The notes under the pieces: generated by a model | The model's input: the letters and a program-made list of their open reading frames with translations, nothing else | Told to the model about the DNA's origin: nothing | The model's database searches: none | Shown here: one piece after another, positions 25,823-32,000 of the stretch | Layout of the letters: every line of letters starts with the position of its first letter | How positions within the stretch are numbered: position 1 is the first letter of the stretch | Made by a program: the position numbers and the translations under genes | Source of the DNA: Candidatus Saccharimonadota bacterium | GTDB taxonomy: Archaea; Micrarchaeota; Micrarchaeia; Micrarchaeales; Micrarchaeaceae | Direction of reading: 5' to 3' | Length of the DNA: 32,000 nucleotides | Assembly: GCA_963705375.1 (NCBI GenBank) | Contig: OY970071.1 | Location: 210,001 to 242,000 of the forward strand

Positions 25823-27697
25823 TTACTTGACCTTGAAGTCCGCATCGGTCGCGGCAGAATAGTTGTCTCCGCCACCTCCAGTACCTCCTGGACCGGCGCC
25901 GCCTTCTGGACCTCCAGGCCCTTCAGGACCTCCGCCCTGAGGAGCTCCCTGCTGACCCTTGTACATGCTCGCACCTATTTCCTCCAATGCGCTCTTGAGC
26001 TTCTCGGTTGCGCTCTTTATGTTCTCCATGTCGTCTTTGACTATTGCCTCTTCGACTGCCTTCTTGGCCTCGTTGACTTTGTCCACAACGTCCTTGGGCA
26101 CCTTATCCTTATACTCGTCCAAAGTGCGCTCTGCGGAATAGACCAGTGACTCTGCGGTGTTCTTTATGTCTATCTGCTCGCGTATCTTCTTGTCCTGCTC
26201 TGCGTAGCGGTTCGATTCATCTATCTTCTTGTCTATCTCGTCGCGGCTCATCTTGTGCGGCGCCACTATGTCCATTCCCTGCGCTTTGCCAGTGGCCTTG
26301 TCCTTTGCCGTAACGTGAAGTATGCCGTTGGAGTCTATGTCAAAGCTCACCTCTATCTGAGGGACTCCTCTCCTTGCCGGAGGCATCCCTGCCAGCGTGA
26401 ACCTTCCTAGCGCTATGTTGTCCTTTGCAAGCGGCCTCTCGCCCTGCACTATGCTTATGTCGACGCTCGTCTGGAAGTCCTCTGCAGTCGTGAACACCTG
26501 CGAGTGCTTGACGGGTATCGTGGTGTTCCTGTCGATCAGAGGCGTTGCAACGCCACCCAAAGTCTCTATGCTCAGCGTAAGCGGCGTAACGTCCAGCAGC
26601 ACTATGTCCTTGACCTCACCTGTGAGCACTCCTGCCTGTATCGCAGCTCCAAGAGCCACGCATTCCATCGGGTCCACGCCGCGCTCGACCTTCTTGCCTA
26701 GTAGCTGCTCCACGTAGCGCTGCACTATAGGCATGCGCGTAGGCCCTCCGACCAGTATTATCTTATCAAGAGTGTTCGGCTCGAGCTTCGCATCCTTGAG
26801 CGCCTGCATGACCGGCTTTGCCGATTTCTCTATTATAGGCACAACGAGGCTTTCGAGCTTGGCCCTTGTGAACTTGTATTCGAAGTTTGCCGGCTTTCCA
26901 GATTTGTCCTGCGAAAGGAACGGCAGGTTTATGTCCGTCGAGAGCACTGTGGAAAGCTCTATCTTCGCCCTTTCTCCGGCTTCCCTCAAACGCTGCATTG
27001 CCTGAGGGCTGTTCTTCACATCTATCCCAGAGGCGTTCTTGAACTCCCCTTCAAGGAACTCCACGATCGTGTTGTCCATGTCCGTCCCTCCAAGCTGCGT
27101 GTCGCCGCTGGTCGATTTGACCTCGAAGACGCCCTTTCCGAATTCCATGATCGTGACGTCGAGGGTGCCTCCTCCGAAATCGTAGACAAGTATGCGCATG
27201 TCCTTGTCGGATTTGTCCAGCCCGTACGCGAGCGCAGCTGCAGTCGGCTCGTTCACGAGCCTGACCGCTTTGAGGCCGGCTATCTCTCCTGCATCCTTGG
27301 TTGCCTGTCTCTGGTTGTCGTTGAAATATGCCGGAACTGTTATGACCGCCTGCGTGACCTCCTCACCAAGGAAGAGCTCCGCATCGTGCTTTATCTTCTG
27401 CAACAGCATTGCAGACAGCTCTTGGGGCTTGTACTCCTTGTCGTGCAGCTTGTATCTGTAGTCCGTGCCCATCTTACGCTTGAATGCAGTGATTGTGCCT
27501 TCCGGGTTCGCCACAGCCTGCCTTCTTGCAGGCTCTCCGATGAGCCTCTGGCCGTCCTTCAGGAAAGCGACATAGCTTGGGAACGCCTTGCCGTAAAGTG
27601 AAGTGCCCTCACTGCTCGGCACTATTACGGGCCGTCCACCTTCAAGCACGCCCGCTGCTGAATTTGAGGTACCTAGATCTATTCCGATTATTTTCAT
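25823..27697 (-). CDS. dnaK: molecular chaperone DnaK (Hsp70)
   Basis: '[15 protein letters not shown]', '[10 protein letters not shown]', '[10 protein letters not shown]'; 624 aa. Confidence 0.98.
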   Translation of the reverse strand: MKIIGIDLGTSNSAAGVLEGGRPVIVPSSEGTSLYGKAFPSYVAFLKDGQRLIGEPARRQAVANPEGTITAFKRKMGTDYRYKLHDKEYKPQELSAMLLQKIKHDAELFLGEEVTQAVITVPAYFNDNQRQATKDAGEIAGLKAVRLVNEPTAAALAYGLDKSDKDMRILVYDFGGGTLDVTIMEFGKGVFEVKSTSGDTQLGGTDMDNTIVEFLEGEFKNASGIDVKNSPQAMQRLREAGERAKIELSTVLSTDINLPFLSQDKSGKPANFEYKFTRAKLESLVVPIIEKSAKPVMQALKDAKLEPNTLDKIILVGGPTRMPIVQRYVEQLLGKKVERGVDPMECVALGAAIQAGVLTGEVKDIVLLDVTPLTLSIETLGGVATPLIDRNTTIPVKHSQVFTTAEDFQTSVDISIVQGERPLAKDNIALGRFTLAGMPPARRGVPQIEVSFDIDSNGILHVTAKDKATGKAQGMDIVAPHKMSRDEIDKKIDESNRYAEQDKKIREQIDIKNTAESLVYSAERTLDEYKDKVPKDVVDKVNEAKKAVEEAIVKDDMENIKSATEKLKSALEEIGASMYKGQQGAPQGGGPEGPGGPEGGAGPGGTGGGGDNYSAATDADFKVK

Positions 27698-27718
27698 GAT
27701 CTCACCAAATATGATTTG

Positions 27719-28241
27719 TCACTGCTTTGCCTGCTTATCGTCCTTGGCGACTATGACCGATGCCGGCCTGAGCATCATGTCCTCGAACATGTAGCCCTTC
27801 TTCACGACCTCTATTATGGTTCCTGGCTGCTCCTTGCTGTCCACGACCATTATTATCTCGTGCTTGAACGGATCAGCAACGCCGTCCGTTTTCACCTCCC
27901 GCAAGCCACTCTTTCTCAAGCGTGTCCATGAGGTTCGAGTACACCAGTTCTATGCCCTTTGAAACGTTCTTGTCGCTAGAGCCGCTTGCTGCTATCATCG
28001 CAAGCTCGAACTCGTCCAGTATCGGAAGCATGCTGATTGCAAGCTCGGCCTTGCCCATGCTCTTAGCCTTGTCGACATCGTTCTTCGCACGCTTCTTGTA
28101 ATTGTCGAATTCCGCTGCGAGCCTGAGCATCTGCTCCTTTATCTCTGCGCATTTGTCGTCTTTCGGCTGTTGCGCCGGCTCTGCCTGTTTTGCCACTTCA
28201 GCGTCCTTTTTAACATCGCCATTCTTCTTGTCGTCTCCCAT
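27719..28241 (-). pseudogene. grpE: grpE nucleotide-exchange factor, interrupted by a 1-nt frameshift near 27905-27922
   Basis: The N-terminal ORF 27873..28241 ('LRLAAEFDNYKKRAKND...LMDTLEK') continues in another frame as ORF 27719..27919 ('KSGLREVKTDGVADPFKHEII...GYMFEDMMLRPASVIVAK'). Together they form one normal ~170-aa GrpE. Confidence 0.85.
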
Positions 28242-28245
28242 TAGA

Positions 28246-28674
28246 TCACTTCTTCCTTTTCTTCCTGCTGCCGGCCTTCGAGAGCATCAGTCGGTCGTAC
28301 TCTCTCGCAGTGTCAAGCATCCGGCTCATCTCCCTGTTTATGTCATACTCTATCTCCTCTATCGCCTTGGAGAGCTCCGACGCCCTCAGAGAGTACCTTC
28401 TGCCATGCTTGACGAGAAGGCCAGCCTCTATGAACCTGTTCAAGTGGTATATCACAGTGCTCCTGCTCAGGGTCGTATCCAGCTTCAGCTCTGCGCTTGA
28501 CAGGCCCTTGTTGGTGTGTGCTGCCTCTACGAAGCTGCGGAATATCTGCTCTTCGAGGCCGCCGCCTTCCGTCGAAAGCCCGAACACCCTGCAGAACCAC
28601 CGTATTATGCTCTCGGGGTCATGAGGGTCCGGCATCTCGACGAATCTTATCTCGATGCGCTCCATACGGTGCAT
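28246..28674 (-). CDS. winged-helix transcriptional regulator, first gene of the grpE-dnaK-dnaJ operon
   Basis: 'LSSAELKLDTTLSRSTVIYHLNRFIEAGLLVKHGRRYSL' is an ArsR/MarR-like HTH plus wing. The stop codon is 4 nt before the grpE ATG. Confidence 0.65.
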   Translation of the reverse strand: MHRMERIEIRFVEMPDPHDPESIIRWFCRVFGLSTEGGGLEEQIFRSFVEAAHTNKGLSSAELKLDTTLSRSTVIYHLNRFIEAGLLVKHGRRYSLRASELSKAIEEIEYDINREMSRMLDTAREYDRLMLSKAGSRKKRKK

Positions 28675-28756
28675 ATTATGTAGCGATATGTTTAAATAAT
28701 GTTTGTTTCTATTAAGTATTTATTGAAATGTCGAATAATTTTGAAATAGTGATACA
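28675..28756. promoter_or_regulatory. 82-bp AT-rich divergent promoter region between the wHTH-grpE operon and hsp20
   Basis: TATA-like 'tttaaata' at 28691-28698. Direct repeats TTGAAAT at 28723 and 28741, and TGTTT at 28689 and 28700. Confidence 0.45.
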
Positions 28757-29242
28757 ATGCCAAAAGAAGATACAGAAAAAAAGACGGAGAAAAAAAGAGC
28801 ACATAAACAGCAGGGCCTAGTGCCTTTCGGCCTGGACTTTAGCATCGATCCGTTCCGGATTGGCGAATCCGCATTTGGGCATCCCTCGCGGTTCTTCGAG
28901 CAGGTGCATAGTGGCCTTTCGATGCCGAGAGTCGACATCGTTGACAACGGCGACGCCTTCACGATAGTAGCAGACCTTCCGGACGTCGACAAGAAGAACA
29001 TAAAACTCACGATCACGAACAACAGCATAACAATACAGTCCAGCAAGTCCGAAGAGAAGGAAGCTCACGGAAAGAACTTCTACTCCAAGGAAAGGTCATC
29101 GGTCGGCTACTACAGAGTCGTCAGCATGCCTGAGGAGATCAAGAGAGATGGCGCCAAGGCGAAATACGAGAACGGCACGCTGCGCATCGAGGTGAAGAAG
29201 CTTAAGCCCAAGGAGGAAAGCACGGAGGTGCGCGTCGACTGA
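28757..29242 (+). CDS. hsp20: Hsp20/alpha-crystallin family small heat-shock protein
   Basis: 'VDIVDNGDAFTIVADLPDVDKKNIKLTI...', 'YYRVVSMPEEIKRDGAKAKYENGTLRIEVKK'. Confidence 0.92.
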   Translation: MPKEDTEKKTEKKRAHKQQGLVPFGLDFSIDPFRIGESAFGHPSRFFEQVHSGLSMPRVDIVDNGDAFTIVADLPDVDKKNIKLTITNNSITIQSSKSEEKEAHGKNFYSKERSSVGYYRVVSMPEEIKRDGAKAKYENGTLRIEVKKLKPKEESTEVRVD

Positions 29243-29299
29243 CGCGCACTAGCAACAGCCATATATATTTCTAGAGCGCTAAATAAGGCAGTAGGTAGC

Positions 29300-30361
29300 A
29301 TGCCATCCCGGTCGACTCACCACGAAACAGGAACATCAGATAAAGCGCAGCATATAGTCCCAGAAACAACCGATGAAGCGTACGCTGCACATGTCCGGCA
29401 AACGGCTTTGGAAATCTTCAAGGCAGAGTTCGACGCGCGCAAGCCTTTCGTATTGCACAAGGAAAGAACGATTGAAAATTATGCGCATCTTGTTGGAAGC
29501 ATCGTTGCTGCCGTCCGTGCGTCTCAAGTGAACCTAGACGACGAGCAAGCGCTTTTCACGACCCTGTCTGACGCTTTGTACAAAAAGCACGGCGCCAATC
29601 GCAAGCCGGAGACCTTGCTTTCGACTTCTGTTGAACACAACACTTTCAATTGCTATTCATCGACGATATTGTTTGTCGATGTGCTTGCGCAACTCGGGAA
29701 ACACGTGAATGTGATACTCATGCCGAACCACGCACTCATAATTGGCGAAAGGTTCTTTTTTGAAACAACAAAGCTAACACAGCCTGTCGCATTTGCCAGG
29801 GAAGAGATTGACGCGCATTACCCAAGAAAGGAATGGCACGAAACGAGCGTGGAAAAACTCCTTTCAGGAGCATACCAGTCCGTAGGATATTTCTTGCTGA
29901 AGCACAAACACGACTCAGATAAGGCGCTCGCAGCGTACACTAAGGCAATACGCATAGATCCGAAGAATATCGGCGCGCTGAACGGTGAAGGCACGGTGCT
30001 TCATTTTCTTAAGAATTATTGGGGCGCGATCGCATCATACGACAGCGCGTTGAAGATCTGTCCAGAATATGTTGCAGCTTTGGAAAACAAAGGGAAGGCA
30101 CTTCACGCTGTTGGTATTGAAAGCAAGAACAAGACAACCAGCAACAAATACAATAAGGAAGCGATTGTAGTGTATGAAAAGGCGCTGGCGATACGCACCA
30201 TAACTGACAAAGAGAAAGCTAGCCTGCTTTACAACGAAGGCAAGGCGTTCGAGTCTCTGGACATGACCACGGAGGCCAGGACGTGCCTTGAGAAGGTGGC
30301 CGCGCTGGGCGGCATCGACAAAGCAGGGAGAGATGAACACGATTACTTTGATAGTGTATGA
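29300..30361 (+). CDS. TPR-repeat protein with N-terminal transglutaminase-like (Cys/His) region, SirB1-like architecture
   Basis: TPRs in 'ALAAYTKAIRIDPKNIGALNGEGTVLHFLKNYWGAIASYDSALKICPEYVAALENKG'. The N-terminal 'FNCYSSTILFVDVLAQLG...PNHALI' resembles a transglutaminase-core2 Cys...His pattern; this part is tentative. Confidence 0.65.
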   Translation: MPSRSTHHETGTSDKAQHIVPETTDEAYAAHVRQTALEIFKAEFDARKPFVLHKERTIENYAHLVGSIVAAVRASQVNLDDEQALFTTLSDALYKKHGANRKPETLLSTSVEHNTFNCYSSTILFVDVLAQLGKHVNVILMPNHALIIGERFFFETTKLTQPVAFAREEIDAHYPRKEWHETSVEKLLSGAYQSVGYFLLKHKHDSDKALAAYTKAIRIDPKNIGALNGEGTVLHFLKNYWGAIASYDSALKICPEYVAALENKGKALHAVGIESKNKTTSNKYNKEAIVVYEKALAIRTITDKEKASLLYNEGKAFESLDMTTEARTCLEKVAALGGIDKAGRDEHDYFDSV

Positions 30362-30435
30362 AGCATCTCCATGACGAAAAGGGCCCAGAACCAGAAAACA
30401 CAGCCATATATATCTGAAAATACCCACATGGCAGC

Positions 30436-31077
30436 ATGCACAGAGTTTCTGACAGTCAAAATACACCCACATCCTCACCCCCGTTGTTTGTGGCGCAAAT
30501 AACCAGCACCATAAGGATAACTGCGATTGAGGCCGCTTCACACAAAGGCGTATCTGCAATCGAAGTTTCGCCAAACCAGGCAGAGCTCATTTCAAGCGGA
30601 GCATTCATGAGAGGGTGGCACAGGATCAGGCTCGATGAGCTTCTGAAGCAAATCTACGAAAACAAAAAACTCCTAGAGCTGGTCATTCATCACAACATAC
30701 TTACGGCAGATAAAGATGTACGCCAGGAAGGGCCATGCAAGATTTTGGATAACGGGCTGCTCCGACTCCTTATAGATTCGCAAGGCAACTCATTCGAGGA
30801 CACATCTCCTGAAGGAAGGCAAGACATCCTTAAGGAATACTATGCCCTGGAGAAAGCCAACAAGGCAGCGTGGGCGCACAACGGTAAAGGAACTGTTTTT
30901 GTCAAAGCGATCCACAGCGAAGACATCTACAGGCTGTCTGGCGGCGTTGGAGGTTTGCGCATAGATGCCGGAGCAGATAAGGGCGTGGCAGTCTGGGTAA
31001 AGAACGAACCGGAACCTGATGTCAAGCGCCACGGCGGCAAGTTGCTCAGAACGCACACGAACAACCTGCGGCGCTGA
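30436..31077 (+). CDS. hypothetical protein (213 aa)
   Basis: ORF preceded by the same ACAGCCATATATAT box as the upstream gene. No family recognised. Confidence 0.5.
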   Translation: MHRVSDSQNTPTSSPPLFVAQITSTIRITAIEAASHKGVSAIEVSPNQAELISSGAFMRGWHRIRLDELLKQIYENKKLLELVIHHNILTADKDVRQEGPCKILDNGLLRLLIDSQGNSFEDTSPEGRQDILKEYYALEKANKAAWAHNGKGTVFVKAIHSEDIYRLSGGVGGLRIDAGADKGVAVWVKNEPEPDVKRHGGKLLRTHTNNLRR

Positions 31078-31140
31078 AGTATCTGCTATTTATTTAGGCA
31101 TATCTTTTCGAATACTCTCATACGCACTCAGGGTAAGCGA

Positions 31141-31887
31141 ATGACTACTGCAAAGGAGATAATTGGCGAACTGAGCAGAATGTTTCCGAGCAAGCTTAGC
31201 TCAGAGTGGGACACCACTCAAGGCCTGATAGCAGGAAACATCTCCAAGAACGTAGAGAGAGCGGTCTTGAGCCTTGAGTTCAGAGAGAACCTCACGGGAA
31301 AAGGCGCAGACATGTTTATCTTCCATCACCCTCCTATTTTCGGGCCCAAAAGAGAAAAGACCAATCCGTTCTATAAAGCATGGAAGCGAAAAGGAGAGGT
31401 GGTCTACGCGATCCATTCAAGGATGGACCGGACAGGCTTTTCGAACATAGCGATAGCGGAAAGGCTGTTCGGAAGGAACGGATATTCTGCAGTGAAAGTT
31501 CTCGATGACGGCACCGCAATAATCGAATTGAAGCGCAGTTCACCTTTCAAAGAGATAACAAGCAGAATAAAGAGCTGGCTAAAGCTGAAGAAAGTCAGCG
31601 CAATACTGAAGAAAGGCACAGTCAAAAGAATAGGGATACATGGCGGCGAGGGCTTCAACCGCGGACACGTCGCGCTTGCAGCCAAGAAGGGCATAGACCT
31701 GTACCTTGCAGGAGACATCTCGCACCACCTTGCAGAACACGCCCATTTCTTTGACATCGACTTCGTAGACATCGGGCATTTCAGCGAGCAGGAGGGCATG
31801 AAAAGGCTTGCAGGCGTGCTTAGCAAGAAATTCCCAGGCGTGCGTTTCGAGTACGTCGAGCAACGGCCGTTATGGTCGATGGAATAG
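31141..31887 (+). CDS. NIF3-family dinuclear metal-centre protein (YbgI/GTP cyclohydrolase I type 2 homolog family)
   Basis: 'ADMFIFHHPPIF', 'AIHSRMDR', 'IGIHGGEG', 'LAGDISHH...DIGHFSEQEG' match the NIF3 metal-ligand pattern. Confidence 0.8.
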   Translation: MTTAKEIIGELSRMFPSKLSSEWDTTQGLIAGNISKNVERAVLSLEFRENLTGKGADMFIFHHPPIFGPKREKTNPFYKAWKRKGEVVYAIHSRMDRTGFSNIAIAERLFGRNGYSAVKVLDDGTAIIELKRSSPFKEITSRIKSWLKLKKVSAILKKGTVKRIGIHGGEGFNRGHVALAAKKGIDLYLAGDISHHLAEHAHFFDIDFVDIGHFSEQEGMKRLAGVLSKKFPGVRFEYVEQRPLWSME

Positions 31888-32000
31888 ACGCCGAACTGAA
31901 ACGGAAAAGACAGCAGGGTACTCCGAAATGGTCGTGTTGTGCCGTGCCAAGAAACCAGGTAACAGAAACATAGAAATATCTAGACGACAACAGACATAAC

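Noticed and set aside
27873-27930. Programmed ribosomal frameshifting as the explanation for the split grpE.
   Set aside because: There is no slippery heptamer, homopolymer run or obvious downstream structure at the shift site. A sequencing error or a simple mutation is more parsimonious.
22187-27931. Numerous 60-146-aa ORFs antisense to aCPSF1, dnaJ, dnaK and grpE.
   Set aside because: They overlap strongly supported genes on the opposite strand, and their products are compositionally biased with no motifs.
30035-30574. A 179-aa minus-strand ORF spanning the end of the TPR gene and the start of the next gene.
   Set aside because: It is antisense to two better-supported plus-strand genes and crosses their promoter-containing spacer.
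31201-31999. Minus-strand ORFs over the NIF3 gene, and the plus-strand ORF 31808..31999.
   Set aside because: They are antisense to or overlap the NIF3-family CDS. The 63-aa plus-strand ORF overlaps its 3' end out of frame and has no supporting signal.

Overview
Archaeal chromosomal segment, tightly packed. Diagnostic genes are TFB, proteasome beta, aCPSF1/FttA and ribosomal proteins S3Ae/eS1 and S15P. I saw no rRNA, tRNA or CRISPR array and no recognisable canonical defence system. Layout: (1) 1-7945 is a giant T/V/N-rich cell-surface protein locus with almost no basic residues, built from Ig-like 'LTYQWYND' repeats. It holds a diverged ~88-aa array (1-1835), a decayed junction unit with 7 indels that breaks the frame (1836-2105), and 7.4 virtually identical 513-bp units (2106-5884). 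These are followed by more diverged repeats, a sequon-rich unique domain and a C-terminal TM anchor. (2) 8021-13135 holds a TPR-like gene, a minus-strand string TRAM / valS / rps15 / rps3ae, and a small charged protein. (3) 13193-14449 is an intact 1257-bp IS with 18-bp terminal IRs, a 9-bp target duplication, a transposase and a small divergent ORF missing from the ORF track. (4) 14694-16516 is a full-length tfb followed by a paralog with only the cyclin-fold core and no Zn-ribbon or B-reader. (5) 16.5-21.1 kb carries small uncharacterised genes (membrane/glyco, coiled-coil, second TRAM, lipobox protein, SAM methyltransferase); two of them share a duplicated upstream element. (6) psmB, aCPSF1 and a PRTase-like gene with a degenerate PRPP loop. 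(7) A heat-shock locus: wHTH regulator-grpE(frameshifted)-dnaK-dnaJ on the minus strand, divergent from hsp20. (8) A transglutaminase-like/TPR protein, a hypothetical and a NIF3-family protein. The candidates I rate highest for novelty are the homogenised giant-adhesin array with its broken junction, the tfb plus core-only paralog pair, and the wHTH-controlled chaperone locus. All functional calls rest on motif recognition by eye; no database search was run.
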